Below, piece by piece: positions 1 to 12,400 of a stretch of DNA of 64,000 nt; the first letter of the stretch is position 1, and each line of letters starts with the position of its first letter. The position numbers and the translations under genes are program-made. Below the pieces are notes generated by a model. It was not told the DNA's origin and did not search any database. It was given only the letters and a program-made list of their open reading frames with translations. The DNA comes from an uncultured Clostridia bacterium. GTDB lineage: Bacteria > Bacillota > Clostridia > Christensenellales > UBA1242. Location of the stretch: assembly GCA_937992055.1 (NCBI GenBank), contig CALKLQ010000055.1, positions 362-64,361 of the forward strand, written 5' to 3'.

Positions 1-404
1 AACGTGGTATCACACAAATTTATAATGTCTTTCGCCTGTAATAACTCAGCATTTTCTAACTTTAATTGGTAGCCCAAAAACGAAATATACTTATTTTGAT
101 ATAAATAATTTAATTTGTCTTGCTTCATAACGCGTAATGTGACTTTTATATCCTTTTTCATTGGTGGTAATTTCGCCCCAACACCGCCTAATTCTGTTCC
201 CGTTATTTTTTTATTCGTAACGACGGGAAAATATATTGTTACAAGTTCTGTTGCACTATAAATCTTGTATTCCATTTTCGGAAAAGTCGATTTAATATCA
301 TATACTATAAATTCACTGATATTTGTTTCACTCGAAGCTTCACCGCACCCGCTTAATAACGATATAACACATAACAAAACAACTATGAGCTTACTATATT
401 TCAT
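1..404 (-). CDS. putative lipoprotein (partial; 3' end lies beyond the left edge of the window)
   Basis: Absent from the supplied ORF track because it runs off the edge. My translation of the reverse strand from ATG at 404 gives MKYSKLIVVLLCVISLLSGCGEASSETNISEF..., open down to position 3 with no stop. It has a hydrophobic signal peptide followed by lipobox LLSG-C. The RBS is weak. Confidence 0.6.
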   Translation of the reverse strand, partial: MKYSKLIVVLLCVISLLSGCGEASSETNISEFIVYDIKSTFPKMEYKIYSATELVTIYFPVVTNKKITGTELGGVGAKLPPMKKDIKVTLRVMKQDKLNYLYQNKYISFLGYQLKLENAELLQAKDIINLCDTT

Positions 405-716
405 TAAACAAATTTTCACACTTAATGAATATGAAAATATTATTAAAAATAGAATATAAAAAAACTTCACCGATTTTCAAATAAGACTTTTTTATCTACT
501 TTTGCCTTTATGGCACAATTATGTGAAAATAAAAAATCGCCATTTTCCTTTATTTAAGGTTACATAGCGATTTTCAAAACTAGTGTAAAAAATAATACAT
601 TTTTTACACTCTATTTGTGTCAACTAACAACTAAGTCTTTTTTTTGATTTTCCCCATTTGATTTTGCGACAACTTTTTGATTTCGCGATCGCGCTTTTGA
701 CTTTGCGGAAATCAAA

Positions 717-1047
717 TTAAAACATTGCTATTGGTAAGGCAGGATCAAAATTTGTATCTATTTCTACAACTTTGGCAGTTCCATTGTGTTTTATATCACA
801 AACTGAGTTAATCCACCTTATGAAATCTTCTGATCCTGTTTCACAAATAAATCTTTTTTCAGTTTCATGCCAGTGCCAACATCCACTTTGCTCATTTATA
901 CGACCAATCAAAGAATTTTTGAACACACTCCTTTAAATTATCAAAAATTTCTTTAGGAATCTCTATAATATCCACATTTCCAATAACTGTCAAACTGTCA
1001 GTTGCATAATCATATTCGTAATCATAAGCAATATTAATTTTTTCCAT
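717..1047 (-). pseudogene. frameshifted small hypothetical gene (ORFs 892..1047 and 717..926 overlap in different frames)
   Basis: GGAGG RBS then ATG at 1047 (MEKINIAYDYEYDY...KECVQKFFDWSYK*). The second ORF has only a GTG start, no RBS, and continues ...FKNSLIGRINEQSGCWHWHETEKRF... The frames switch around an A5 run (gttcaaaaattc). Most simply one gene of about 115 codons broken by a 1-nt indel. Confidence 0.4.
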
Positions 1048-1192
1048 TTCCCCTCCAAAAAGGCTTCTCTTACAACACACTTGTCCATAATGAATGAAAA
1101 GTAGCGTAGAAAACGCCGAAAAGGGTAGCAGTCGTACGCAGGATTTGAACTTATTTTATTCTATTTTTTAAAATGAAAGATATACTGTAAAT

Positions 1193-1483
1193 ATGAAAGA
1201 ACTTAATAAAACCAAAAAAAATGATTATAAGTTTTTGTTTGTATTGCAATATATAATATCTGCATTGCATTTAATATCTTTTTATTGTTTCGGCGCTTAC
1301 TTATTGGCGTTGGTTTGCGGTGCGCTTTTTGTGGTTTTTTCTGTGTGTCTTGCTATAATATTATTTAAAGATAAACAATATTTAATTTTGTTATTCGTAA
1401 TTGTTTTAATCGTTGTTTATATTTATAGTACTTTTTTTAGTGCAATGTATTTTTCATTAAAATACGGAATATGGAAAGATTAA
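1193..1483 (+). CDS. small integral membrane protein, hypothetical
   Basis: 96-aa ORF with three long hydrophobic stretches (FLFVLQYIISALHLISFYCF, YLLALVCGALFVVFSVCLAIILF, LILLFVIVLIVVYIYSTFF). No recognisable family. Confidence 0.45.
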   Translation: MKELNKTKKNDYKFLFVLQYIISALHLISFYCFGAYLLALVCGALFVVFSVCLAIILFKDKQYLILLFVIVLIVVYIYSTFFSAMYFSLKYGIWKD

Positions 1484-1526
1484 AAAATGTCGCATTTCAT
1501 CTTTCGACAAAATACGACATTATTCT

Positions 1527-1602
1527 TGGAGCTGATGACGGGAATCGAACCCGTGACCTCCGCCTTACCAAGGCGACGCTCTACCGACTGAGCCACATCA
1601 GC
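1527..1602 (-). tRNA. tRNA-Thr (anticodon GGU), CCA encoded
   Basis: Hand-folded cloverleaf. Acceptor GCTGATG/CATCAGC, D stem GCTC/GAGC, anticodon stem TCGCC/GGCGG with loop TTGGTAA (anticodon GGT), T arm ACGGG-TTCGATT-CCCGT, then T-CCA. 76 nt. Confidence 0.92.
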
Positions 1603-1734
1603 ATAAGCCCCATATGGGGCTATTTTAAGAAACAAACATGATTTAAATCATCTAATTAAAACATAAGCAATATTTTTTTATCTAGTGACTTAAGGCTTAT
1701 ATTTTAATATATTATTTATTTAATTTCAAGTAAA

Positions 1735-4700
1735 TTACATAACTTCTGTATTAGAAACTTGCGTGTCAGTTTCTACCGGCATTACATTTCTATATCTTTT
1801 AAGCCCAGTACCTGCCGGAATCAATTTTCCAATGATGACATTTTCCTTTAAGCCCAGCAAATTATCAGTTTTACCTTTGATTGCAGCATCGGTTAAAACT
1901 CTAGAAGTTTCTTGGAAAGATGCAGCGGACAAGAAGGAATCTGTAGTAAGAGAAGCTTTTGTAATTCCTAAAAGAACCCTCTTCGCAGTGGCAGGCATTC
2001 CACCTTCTGAAAGAATGCGTTCGTTTTCATCTTCATATGCAAACACATCGCAAACCTCTCCTGGAAGTAGCTTTGTATCTCCAGAACTTTCAATTTTTAC
2101 CTTTTTAAGCATTTGACGTATTATAACTTCTATATGTTTATCATTAATTTTAACGTCTTGAGCTCTATAAACTGAGATAACTTCTCTTAAAAGATAATCT
2201 TGCAAACCTTTAAGGCCTCTTGTTCTCAAAAGGTCAGATGGATTGATTGAACCTTCTGTAAGCTGAGAACCAGGTTCCACTGTATCCCCATTCTTAACTT
2301 TTAAGAACGCAGGTTTCTTAATAATATATTCCGCTTCGTTGTCGCTATTAATTACAGTAATAGTAAATTCTTTTGCCTCTTCTTTTATTTTTACTTTACC
2401 AGCTACTTCGGAGAGTCTTGCCTCACCTTTTGGTTTTCTAGCTTCAAATATTTCTTCCACACGAGGCAAACCTTTTGTGATATCTGAAGCTACAGCAGCA
2501 CCACCAGTATGGAAGGTTCTCATAGTAAGCTGGGTTCCAGGCTCACCAATACTTTGGGCAGCAATAATACCAACCGCCTCACCAATTGGAACAACCTCTT
2601 TTCCAGACATGTTTCTTCCATAGCATTTAGCACAAACACCATGTCTTGATCTACAAGAAAGAAGGGATCTGATTTGAACATTTTTAATTCCAGCATTTGC
2701 AATTTGTTTAGCTTGTTCAGGAAGAATCATGGTATTTGCTTGCACAATAACTTGCTTTGTTGCAGGATCAACAATATCTTCAACTGAATATCTTCCACTA
2801 ATTCTTTCCTCAAGTTTTTCAATTAAAACATTGTCAACAACAAGGTCTGAGACAACGATTCCTTTAACCTTTTCTCCCCTTGTTTCGAAACAATCTTCCT
2901 CTGTTACGACAACTTCATGTGAAATATCAACAAGTCTTCTTGTCAAATAACCTGAGTCCGCAGTTTTCAAAGCGGTATCAGCAAGACCTTTTCTTCCACC
3001 ACGGGATGAGATAAAGTATTCAAGAGGATTCAAACCTCTAGAGAAGTTTGATTTTACAGGAATATCAACTTTTTGTCCAGATGCGTTAGACATAATTCCA
3101 CGCATACCAGAAATACCATTAAGTTGGACATTATTACCTCTCGCCCCAGAAGAAACCATCATTTTGATTGGGTTTGAATCATCTAGATAATCTAAAACTG
3201 CATTTTGGACTTGTTGAGTTGCATTGTTCCAAATTTGAATATTTGCAGTTAGTTTTTCGTCAAGAGTGATAAGTCCTCTTTGCAACATCTTTTCATTTTC
3301 TAAAACTGCTTTTTCAGCTTCTTGTAAAATTTCTTGTTTTTTAGGAGGTTCCTCCATGTCAAATACGTTGATAGTTAAAGAACCTATAGTTGAATACTTA
3401 TAACCTAAAGCCTTCAGGTTATCAACAACAATGGCACAACGAGTTGTTCCCAAATTATCAAAAGATTTGCTTGTAATATTTTTAAGGTCTTTTTTAATTA
3501 CTGGATGATTTATTTCCAGTTTGCAATAATTTTCAGGATTAGACCTGTCAATAAGTCCCAAATCTTGTGGAATAGCGGTATTGAAAATTAATCTTCCAAT
3601 GCTTGTTTTAATTCTGTCTGTATAAAGAACTCCATCTACCTCTTTTGAGCGTCTTACAACAATCTCTGCTTGTATGTCAACCTCACCAGTTTGGTAAGCA
3701 ATCATAGCTTCATCTTCGTTAGCAAAAATCGTTCCTTCGCCTTTTGCACCTTTTTTAATGGTGGTCAAATAATAACAACCAATAACAATATCTTGAGAGG
3801 CGTTTACAATAGGTTCACCGTCAGAAAGTTTTAAAATGTTATTGCTAGCCAACATCAAGGTTCTAGCCTCTGCTCTAGCATCAATTGAAAGAGGAACGTG
3901 AATAGGCATTTGGTCACCATCGAAATCGGCGTTAAATCCAGAACAAACTGATGGATGCAATTTAATTGCCTTTCCTTCTACCAAAACAGGTTCAAAAGCT
4001 TGGATAGAAAGTCTATGCAAAGAAGGAGCACGGTTCAAAAGAACAGGATGGTCTTTAATAACTTCAGCCAAAACGTCCCAAACGATAGGTTTTTCTCTTT
4101 CAATAAGTCTTTTTGCGCTTTTAATATTATGTGATTGATTTAATTCAACCAAGCGTTTAATAATAAAAGGTTTAAAAAGCTCAAGCGCCATCTCTTTTGG
4201 AACACCGCATTGATACATTTTAAGTTCTGGACCAACAACGATAACTGAACGACCTGAATAGTCAACTCTTTTCCCTAAAAGGTTTTGTCTAAATCTACCC
4301 TGTTTTCCAACAAGCATAGCTGTTAAAGATTTCAAATCTCTAGATTTTGAGCCTTGTATAGCTTTGCCACGTTTACCATTATCAATAAGAGCATCCACAG
4401 CTTCCTGAAGCATTCTTTTTTCATTTCTAACAATAACATCTGGAGCACCTAGCTCAATCAATTTTTTAAGACGATTATTTCTATTTATAACCCTTCTATA
4501 TAAATCATTCAAATCGCTTGTAGCAAAACGACCACCATCAAGTTGAACCATAGGTCTGAGCTCTGGAGGTAGAACTGGAATAACATCCAAAATCATCCAC
4601 TCAGGTTTGTTTTTACTCAAAAGAAAGGCTTCAACAATTTCCAACTTTTTAATTGCTTTAATTCTCTTTTGTCCTTTAGCGGTCAAGAGTATTTTCTTTA

Positions 4701-5274
4701 ATTCCTCACTCTCTTTAGCCAAATCAACTTCAGATAGAAGTCTTTTAATAGCCTCTCCACCCATGCCAGCAACAAAAGCGTTTGAGCCATACTTTTCAAC
4801 AGCCTCTCTATACTCTTTGTCTGAAATGATTTGCTTATAAGTAAATTCAGTGTTTTTGGGGTCAAGCACTATATAATTTACATAATAAACAACTTGTTCT
4901 AAGTTCTTTGGGGTCAAATCTAAGAGAGTACCAATTCTTGATGGTATACTTCTGAAGAACCAAATGTGAGAAACTGGAGCAGCAAGTTCAATATGCCCCA
5001 TTCTTTCTCTTCTAACCTTACTTCTTGTAACTTCGACACCACATTTATCACAAACCACGCCCTTGTAACGGATTCTTTTATACTTTCCGCAATGGCACTC
5101 CCAGTCTTTTCTTGGTCCAAAAATTCTTTCACAAAACAAACCATCTTTTTCCGGTTTTTGGGTACGATAGTTGATTGTTTCAGGTTTTGTAACCTCACCA
5201 TAAGACCATTCTCTAATTTTTTCAGGTGATGCGATTCCAATTTTTATAGAATCGAAATTGTTTAACTCAAACAT
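1735..5274 (-). CDS. rpoC: DNA-directed RNA polymerase subunit beta'
   Basis: 1179 aa. N-terminal zinc motif [23 protein letters not shown], catalytic NADFDGDQM motif, and a conserved C-terminal trigger-loop region. AGGAG-type RBS 15 nt after the rpoB stop. Confidence 0.98.
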   Translation of the reverse strand: MFELNNFDSIKIGIASPEKIREWSYGEVTKPETINYRTQKPEKDGLFCERIFGPRKDWECHCGKYKRIRYKGVVCDKCGVEVTRSKVRRERMGHIELAAPVSHIWFFRSIPSRIGTLLDLTPKNLEQVVYYVNYIVLDPKNTEFTYKQIISDKEYREAVEKYGSNAFVAGMGGEAIKRLLSEVDLAKESEELKKILLTAKGQKRIKAIKKLEIVEAFLLSKNKPEWMILDVIPVLPPELRPMVQLDGGRFATSDLNDLYRRVINRNNRLKKLIELGAPDVIVRNEKRMLQEAVDALIDNGKRGKAIQGSKSRDLKSLTAMLVGKQGRFRQNLLGKRVDYSGRSVIVVGPELKMYQCGVPKEMALELFKPFIIKRLVELNQSHNIKSAKRLIEREKPIVWDVLAEVIKDHPVLLNRAPSLHRLSIQAFEPVLVEGKAIKLHPSVCSGFNADFDGDQMPIHVPLSIDARAEARTLMLASNNILKLSDGEPIVNASQDIVIGCYYLTTIKKGAKGEGTIFANEDEAMIAYQTGEVDIQAEIVVRRSKEVDGVLYTDRIKTSIGRLIFNTAIPQDLGLIDRSNPENYCKLEINHPVIKKDLKNITSKSFDNLGTTRCAIVVDNLKALGYKYSTIGSLTINVFDMEEPPKKQEILQEAEKAVLENEKMLQRGLITLDEKLTANIQIWNNATQQVQNAVLDYLDDSNPIKMMVSSGARGNNVQLNGISGMRGIMSNASGQKVDIPVKSNFSRGLNPLEYFISSRGGRKGLADTALKTADSGYLTRRLVDISHEVVVTEEDCFETRGEKVKGIVVSDLVVDNVLIEKLEERISGRYSVEDIVDPATKQVIVQANTMILPEQAKQIANAGIKNVQIRSLLSCRSRHGVCAKCYGRNMSGKEVVPIGEAVGIIAAQSIGEPGTQLTMRTFHTGGAAVASDITKGLPRVEEIFEARKPKGEARLSEVAGKVKIKEEAKEFTITVINSDNEAEYIIKKPAFLKVKNGDTVEPGSQLTEGSINPSDLLRTRGLKGLQDYLLREVISVYRAQDVKINDKHIEVIIRQMLKKVKIESSGDTKLLPGEVCDVFAYEDENERILSEGGMPATAKRVLLGITKASLTTDSFLSAASFQETSRVLTDAAIKGKTDNLLGLKENVIIGKLIPAGTGLKRYRNVMPVETDTQVSNTEVM

Positions 5275-5289
5275 TTGCTTCTCCTATTT

Positions 5290-8200
5290 TTACTCATCAA
5301 AATCTTCAAATTCATCAAACATTCCACTTGTATCAAAAGTAGGAAGTTCTTCTTGCAATTCATTTTGCATATTTTCTTGGTCAGATTTGTTTTCAGTTGG
5401 CAAATCAAAGTCCAAAGAAATATCTTTAAGTTCCTCTTCGACCTCTCTAGAAAGAGAAACATCATGTTCATCCATAGAAAGTTCTTGAATAGAAACTTCT
5501 TGTTTATTTTCAGTAAGAATTTTAATATCAAGACCCAAAGACTGCAATTCTTTAACCAAAACTTTAAATGATTCTGGAATTCCAGGTTCTGCGATTGGTT
5601 GACCTTTGACAATAGCCTCAAACGTTTTCATTCTTCCAACAACGTCGTCTGATTTAACTGTTAAAATTTCTTGTAATACACTAGAAGCGCCATAAGCCTC
5701 AAGAGCCCAAACCTCCATTTCACCAAATCTTTGTCCACCAAACATGGCTTTACCACCAAGAGGTTGTTGGGTAACAAGAGAATAAGGACCAATGCTTCTA
5801 GCATGCATTTTAGAGTCAACCATGTGGTCAAGTTTTAACATATATTTATAACCAACGGTTGCAGGATTGTGGAATGGTTCGCCTGTTCTTCCATCATAAA
5901 GTTGAATTTTTCCGTCTTCTGGGAAATTGTTTTCTACCAAAAGTTTTTTAATTGATTGAGCGTCTGCGCCATCAAATACTGGAGTTGCAACTTTCCAGCC
6001 CAGGCTTCCTGCCACCAATCCCAAGTGAACTTCCAAAACCTGTCCAACGTTCATACGAGAAGGAATGCCAAGTGGGTTAAGAACAATGTCAAGAGGTCTA
6101 CCATTAGCCATAAACGGCATATCTGCTTCAGGAAGTATTCTTGAAACGACACCCTTGTTACCATGACGTCCAGCCATTTTATCACCAACGCTAAGCTTTC
6201 TTCTTTGCGCCACATATACTTTGACCATCATATTTACGCCTGGGTCAAGTTCATCTTTATTTTTTCTGCTAAAGACTTGAACGTCAACAACCACACCACC
6301 TCTACCATGTTGAACACGAAGAGATGTATCTCTAACCTCTCTGGCCTTTTCACCAAAGATGGCTCTTAACAAACGTTCTTCTGGAGTGAGTTCAGTTTCA
6401 CCTTTTGGAGTTACCTTTCCAACAAGAATATCACCAGGTCTAACCTCTGCTCCTACCCTAATAATACCATTTTCATCAAGGTTTTTAAGGGCATCTTCAC
6501 CAAGATTTGGAATATCTCTAGTAATTTCCTCATCACCAAGTTTAGTTGTTCTACATTTCATTTCTTCTACACGAAGAGTAATAGAGGTATAAATATCTTC
6601 TTTTACTATTCTTTCACTAATTAAAATAGCGTCTTCGAAGTTATACCCTTCCCAGTTCATATATCCTATAAGGACATTTTTTCCTAGAGCAAGTTCACCA
6701 TTTTGAGTTGAAAACCCGTCAACAAGAACATCGCCCTTTTTAACTTTTTCACCTTTAACAACGCAAGGTTTTTGGTTTATACAAGTATCTGCATTTGTCT
6801 TTGCAAATTTAGTTGTGTAATAAACATCCTCGCCAGTGTTAGTTTTTACTCTAACTTCGGAAGCACTGACATAGCTTACTTCACCATCATTTTTTGCAAG
6901 AATCATTGCGCCACAATCATGTGCGATAACAGCTTCCATGCCGGTTCCAACAATTGGGGCTTCTGGACGTAAAACAGGAACCGCCTGTCTTTGCATGTTT
7001 GCGCCCATCAAGGCACGGGCAGAATCGTTATTGCCCACAAAAGGAATCAAAGATGTCGCAGCAGAAATAAATTGACGTGGAGAAACATCCATATAATCAA
7101 TATAAGAGGCAGGAACTTCAACAATTGAGTTTTTATATCTACAAATAACTCTCTTATTAACAAACCTTCCCTCTTCATCAAGAGGTTCTACGGCTTGTGC
7201 AATATAAGCCTCATCTTCAATATCAGCCATGTAATATTGATAGGTGTTTAAAACCTTTCCTGTTGCTTTATCGACCGGTCTATATGGAGTTTCCAAAAAT
7301 CCATATTCATTAATTTTTGAATAATTAGCAAGGGTACTAATAAGACCAATGCTTTGACCTTCAGGCGTCTCAATAGCACATATTCTTCCATAATGTGTAT
7401 AGTGAATATCACGAACTTCGGCACTTGCTCTTTCCTTCTTAACACCACCAGGACCAACAGCAGAGATTTTTCTCTTTTGGGTTAAACCAGAAAGAGGATT
7501 AATTTGGTCCATAAGTTGTGAAAGTTGAGAGGAAGCGATAAAATCTTTTAAGGCTTTATTTATAGGTCTAGGGTTGATAATTTGTGAAGGTGTGACCTCA
7601 CTAAATTCTTTACCCTGCAAAGTCTCTTTTATATTAGAAGCAAGTTTATTAACACCAGAACGGAAGGCACTTGCTAAAAGTTCACCAACAGAAGCAATTC
7701 TTCTATTAGATAAATGGTCAATATTATCAATTTCACCAAAACCAGCAAGGATATCAAGATAATAACTGATAGTTGCAAGGATATCATCCATTGTTAAAGT
7801 TGTTATCATGAGTTGTCTTGCATTTTCTTTTATTGCTTGAAGCCTTTTTTCTTTAGTTTTATTTTCCTTCAAAATTTGAACTAATGTTGGATAATATACC
7901 TCTTCCAAAACTCCAAGTTCTGCCTCATCACAAGGGAAAACACTAGAAAGTTTAACACGATTGTTTCCACGAACAAGATGCTTTTTGCCTTGCGCACTTA
8001 CCCAAACTTCGTTTATGCCAGCATCTTGAATTTGTCTTGCAACATCTTTGGAAATAACATCGCCAGCTTTTACAACAACTTCACCTTCAATCACTATATT
8101 TTCAAAGCTTTTTTGTCCCATAATTCTATTTGCGATTGAAAGTTTTTTGTTTAATTTATATCTTCCCACACGGCTTAAATTGTAATATTGGTCTGAGAAA

Positions 8201-8979
8201 AAGAATAAGTTCAAATAATTTCTAGTTGATTCGGCTGATGGAACATCGGTTGGTCTTGTTTTTCTTGCAAATTCTAACAGAGCTTCTTCCTGTGTGTTTT
8301 GAGGCTCTTTGTCAAGAACGTTTTTAACATATTCATTATCGCCAAAAAGTTTTAAAATTTCTTCACGAGTAAAACCAAAACATTTCAAGAAAAGACCAAG
8401 GGTAATTTTGCTACCCCTATCCAAAACAACTTTTAATATTTCATTTGCACCCTGTTCAATTTCAATCCACATTCCTCTTGTAGGAATAAGTTGGGCGCGA
8501 AGGGTGGAATTATTTTCCTTTTCTCTTGTAAAATACGCACTAGGGGAACGAACAACTTGACTTACAACTACCCTTTCAATTCCATTAAACACAAAAGAAC
8601 CCTCATTTGTCATGAAAGGAATATCACCCAAGAAAACTTCTTGTTCAACCGCCTCGCCAGTTTCTTCAACAACAAAACGGGCTTTAACCTTGAGAGGCAC
8701 GGTGTAAGAAGCCCCCCTTCTTTTGCATTCTTTAATAGAATATTTTGGAGGTGTAGATAAATCTATACCAGTGATATATAATTTTGCCTTTCCACTATAA
8801 TCACTGATAGGAGAAAATTCCTCAAGAACTCTTTTGATTCCATCATCGAGGAATTCTTTATATGCATTCTTTTGAATTTCCAACAAGTCTGGTATTGGAA
8901 GAATGTCATCAAGTTTAGAAAATGAATATCTTGTGTTTTTACCAGATTTGATTTTCTTTAAGCATGAAACTTCTTGCAT
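5290..8979 (-). CDS. rpoB: DNA-directed RNA polymerase subunit beta
   Basis: 1229 aa with conserved blocks ([43 protein letters not shown]). Canonical rpoB-rpoC order. Acidic C-terminal tail. Confidence 0.98.
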   Translation of the reverse strand: MQEVSCLKKIKSGKNTRYSFSKLDDILPIPDLLEIQKNAYKEFLDDGIKRVLEEFSPISDYSGKAKLYITGIDLSTPPKYSIKECKRRGASYTVPLKVKARFVVEETGEAVEQEVFLGDIPFMTNEGSFVFNGIERVVVSQVVRSPSAYFTREKENNSTLRAQLIPTRGMWIEIEQGANEILKVVLDRGSKITLGLFLKCFGFTREEILKLFGDNEYVKNVLDKEPQNTQEEALLEFARKTRPTDVPSAESTRNYLNLFFFSDQYYNLSRVGRYKLNKKLSIANRIMGQKSFENIVIEGEVVVKAGDVISKDVARQIQDAGINEVWVSAQGKKHLVRGNNRVKLSSVFPCDEAELGVLEEVYYPTLVQILKENKTKEKRLQAIKENARQLMITTLTMDDILATISYYLDILAGFGEIDNIDHLSNRRIASVGELLASAFRSGVNKLASNIKETLQGKEFSEVTPSQIINPRPINKALKDFIASSQLSQLMDQINPLSGLTQKRKISAVGPGGVKKERASAEVRDIHYTHYGRICAIETPEGQSIGLISTLANYSKINEYGFLETPYRPVDKATGKVLNTYQYYMADIEDEAYIAQAVEPLDEEGRFVNKRVICRYKNSIVEVPASYIDYMDVSPRQFISAATSLIPFVGNNDSARALMGANMQRQAVPVLRPEAPIVGTGMEAVIAHDCGAMILAKNDGEVSYVSASEVRVKTNTGEDVYYTTKFAKTNADTCINQKPCVVKGEKVKKGDVLVDGFSTQNGELALGKNVLIGYMNWEGYNFEDAILISERIVKEDIYTSITLRVEEMKCRTTKLGDEEITRDIPNLGEDALKNLDENGIIRVGAEVRPGDILVGKVTPKGETELTPEERLLRAIFGEKAREVRDTSLRVQHGRGGVVVDVQVFSRKNKDELDPGVNMMVKVYVAQRRKLSVGDKMAGRHGNKGVVSRILPEADMPFMANGRPLDIVLNPLGIPSRMNVGQVLEVHLGLVAGSLGWKVATPVFDGADAQSIKKLLVENNFPEDGKIQLYDGRTGEPFHNPATVGYKYMLKLDHMVDSKMHARSIGPYSLVTQQPLGGKAMFGGQRFGEMEVWALEAYGASSVLQEILTVKSDDVVGRMKTFEAIVKGQPIAEPGIPESFKVLVKELQSLGLDIKILTENKQEVSIQELSMDEHDVSLSREVEEELKDISLDFDLPTENKSDQENMQNELQEELPTFDTSGMFDEFEDFDE

Positions 8980-9114
8980 CTTTCGTTCTCCTTAAAATTG
9001 ATATAAAAAGTGCTAAAAAGCAAAAAATGATAGAGCAAAACAAAATTGCCCTTTTCACTTTTTGCCTAATTTAAAGAATTCAATATTACCACTTTTTTTG
9101 ATTATAACCAAATT

Positions 9115-9143
9115 ATTTTATCATGTTATTGCCCTATTGTCAA
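9115..9143 (-). promoter_or_regulatory. sigma-A type promoter for rpoBC (TTGACA-17-TAAAAT)
   Basis: On the minus strand TTGACA (9143..9138), an exactly 17-nt spacer, then TAAAAT (9120..9115), about 135 nt upstream of the rpoB ATG. Sequence match only. Confidence 0.5.
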
Positions 9144-9365
9144 CAGTTTAAACATTTTTTTTGAAAGTTATCTTATCTTTTTTCTTTGATAAGAGAATAT
9201 CACAAAAACATAAAAATGTCAACTTTGAAAATAAAATTTACATAAACAAATAAATCATTAGCAAAACAAACTTAAATAATAATGAAAAGATAAAACTCTT
9301 TATGAATATTACAAAAAACATTTTAATATTAATTAAAAGTCTAAACACTACTATAAATCAAACTT

Positions 9366-9405
9366 TATTTTTAAGAAAAGTGCACTTGCAATTTGCAAAT
9401 GCACT
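9366..9405 (-). terminator. rho-independent terminator after the 3277-aa gene
   Basis: Arms 9379..9390 (agtgcacttgca) and 9394..9405 (tgcaaatgcact) form a 12-bp stem with one mismatch and a 3-nt loop. The stem starts at the TAG stop and is followed on the minus strand by TTTCTTAAAAA. Confidence 0.55.
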
Positions 9406-12400
9406 AGTCTTTTACCTCTTTGATTCCATTTATTTTGTTCATAATTGTTGCCTTATCTAACTCAGTCCCCACCCCCATATCAATTTTTTTGAAATAAACT
9501 TTTTCAGAATCATTTTGATTTTGAGAGATATCAACATAAGCCCCATTAAAATAATATCTTAAAGCAAAATTATTGTTGTCATCTTCTAAAGAAATCGTTC
9601 CAAAATTATCTTTTCTTGTCAAATATCCTAAATCTTGTGATGTGATATCCAAATCAAATTCCCCACCAAAGAAATAGCCATAATTTAATATATACTCTTC
9701 GTTATAACCTTTAAGATCTCTCATATTCATTTTAAACTGAGCCAAACTGTAGCAGTTTTCAAATTCCAAGGAGATTTCTTTATCATTAATAAATTTTCCT
9801 ACAAATCCTCCAAGATATGCGTTGAAATTGCCACCATAAATGTCACTTGAAACATTTAAAAGCCCGTCAACGAAACAATTTGAAAACTTAAAAGTTGGTG
9901 TGTTATCATTCACTTCAATTTCACCTATTAGTCCTCCTGCAATTGAGCTATTGACATCATCGTTTTTAACAACAACTTTACCTTTTTCAAAATATGAATT
10001 GTTTATTATAGAGTATGATGTTTCATCACTTGAAGGCCAAGCATTTAAGAAACCATGTTTATTATAAGACAAATTTGCACTTGGAGTAATACATATTCGA
10101 CCTACAAGCCCACCAGCGATTTCGACACTGCTTAAATCTGAACTAAAATAGCATTTGTCAATTTCTCCTCCAATCATTTCACCAACTAAGCCACCTACAA
10201 CGCCTATAGTACTTGATTGAATAGTTGCATCAACACTTATATTTTCCAGCCTTCCTTCACCACTTTCTCTAATCGCACTTTCAATGTTTAAGTCTGTTCC
10301 AAACAGACCAACAACTCCACCTATAGCATATGGGACAAAAGGAATGGTTTTGAAAAGTCCAGAAATTTCATAATTTGAGGTAATGGAAATATCTTTTAAA
10401 GTTCCAAAACACTCACCAGCAATTATTCCACCATAAACAGCTGGTTGAACAAATTGACCATCAATAAGTTCCAGGTCAATGTTTTGTATAACAACGCCAT
10501 TGCCAACACCACCAAACAAAAGTCCAGCAAATTCAGCCATAGATGCAATTTTTCCATTAATATTTACAAAACTCACATCTCCTTCACCAGCAAGAACACC
10601 TGCAACACTTCCAGAATAAGAGAGAGTTGTTAAACTTAAAGATGAATGGGTTTTATTAAAGAAGTAACTAGAGATTGTTGCATTATCATCTTTTTTATTT
10701 TGCAAAACAGCTTCGCTTCTAAATGTGGCATTCGCAGAAATAGAGGAATTAATATTATAAATTTTATAATTTCCAATAGCTCGTCCAACAACACCGCCAA
10801 CAATATTTTTACCAAGCACCACAATGGCCTTTCCATCAGTTGTTGTACCTTCTACATCAACATTAAATAGGTATCCTGAGTCTAAGGTTCCAGATAAAGC
10901 ACCCACACAATTAGCATTAGGCAAATTGATATATTTTGGAACGAGTATTAAATTTTTAATACTCCCCACTTCACTAGAACCATTGCCTATTCTTGAAAAT
11001 AGTCCAGCAGAAGTTAGTGAGGAAAGCTCATCTATTACATATCCCTCTATTCTCATTCCATTGCCCTCTATATCACCTATAAAGGTGGTATTGTATAAGC
11101 TTGTTGAATAAAGGCCTTCTTGCTCATAATTGATGTTGGTTACTAATCTATAATAGTTAGAATTTAAATTTCCAATATTAGATTTTAATATTTTATTTTC
11201 AAATTCATATGCAGACATGATTATATATGGATTAAATACACTGCCTTGAGAATAATCACCGTTATTTTTATACGCATAGGTAATCTCACCGGTCTCTTCA
11301 TCAATATAGGTGTTCTCCATATCTAAAATTTGAGAAGATTCTACAATAACATTAGGAGAAATAAGCTCCGGTCTTCCTATATAGAAGGTTTTATTTTCAT
11401 TATTAAATTGACCTTGATAACTATTTTGTGGGAAGAACCAAATTCCCTTTGTAATTTCTCCATTTTGAGAAAAGGCAAAAGTTGAAAAGTTTTCCTCATT
11501 TGAGAAATCAGATATTTTAAATTCTGTCAAACCTTGAATAAATTTATTGCTTGTATTGATTGACATATTTAATTCAGTATCCGCCAAATAGTATGAATTT
11601 GAAATTTGTCCAGATGCATTGTCATAAACAAAGCCATAGCTTTCTTGTGAATTTGACTTAAGCATACATGTTGAAAAAGTGTTAAAAATGCTTCCATTAT
11701 TAACAAAAACAAATCCCGAATTTTTTGAAGAACTTAATATAGGAATATCACTATAAGAGTTTTGAATTTTTCCATTATTTTCATAAACAAATCCCGCAAC
11801 CTCGGTTGAGGAACGAACCACACTACTAGTATCATTTGCATAAATAGTGGTAATAAAGCCTGAATGTATTCCGCTTATATAGCTGTTTAAAATTTTACCT
11901 TTTCCATTTTCGTTTGTTGCGTTATATACAACAAAGCCTGCCGTTTTATTTGTTCCCTCATTTGATGTATTAACAATAAGCGATTCATTTACATAACAGC
12001 TTGAAATATTCCCCTCATTATATCCCACGAACCCTGCCAAATTCGATGAGGCAGTCAAATTAACGCAAACTCTAGAATTTGTAATATAACCACTGTTCAA
12101 ACCTACAAGTCCGGCAACATAATTAGATGAACCCGCTTCTATGAAAGACACTTTAACATTTGCGTCAATAACTTCCACGCTACAGTTAGTAACAACACCT
12201 GCATTTTCGCCGGCTAATATGCCCACATAGTTTGTTCCGCCACTTTGAGATATACTAAATCGTAAACTATTATCTATTTTAATATTTAAATTTCTGACAA
12301 TAGATTTCTCTGCAATTTTGCTAAATATTCCTATTCTATCTAAATTTTCAAAAGATAAATTAGACGAAATAATTATTTGTTTATCATTTCCATCAAACCC

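Noticed and set aside
265-459. 64-aa plus-strand ORF from the track
   Set aside because: It lies antisense to the much more convincing lipoprotein ORF (1..404, minus strand). It has no RBS and low-complexity content.
583-609. AT-only 11-bp inverted repeat gtgtaaaaaat-aatac-attttttacac as a terminator
   Set aside because: The stem is very weak (almost all A-T) and the direction is ambiguous. Noted but not called.
1603-1625. GC-rich hairpin agcccc-atat-ggggct between rpoC and tRNA-Thr as the rpoC terminator
   Set aside because: On the minus strand it is followed by only a weak U-tract, and it abuts the tRNA 5' end. It could equally be a processing element or a plus-strand terminator, so the call is not supportable.
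5290-5500. Acidic C-terminal tail of RpoB (...[49 protein letters not shown]) as a novelty
   Set aside because: Firmicute RpoB proteins commonly carry acidic C-terminal extensions. This is not distinctive without a comparison.
1763-8760. Numerous 60-120-aa ORFs inside or antisense to rpoC and rpoB (for example 1763..2116, 4920..5240, 5262..5621, 8491..8760)
   Set aside because: They are shadow ORFs of two unambiguous, highly conserved long genes. They have no independent signals.
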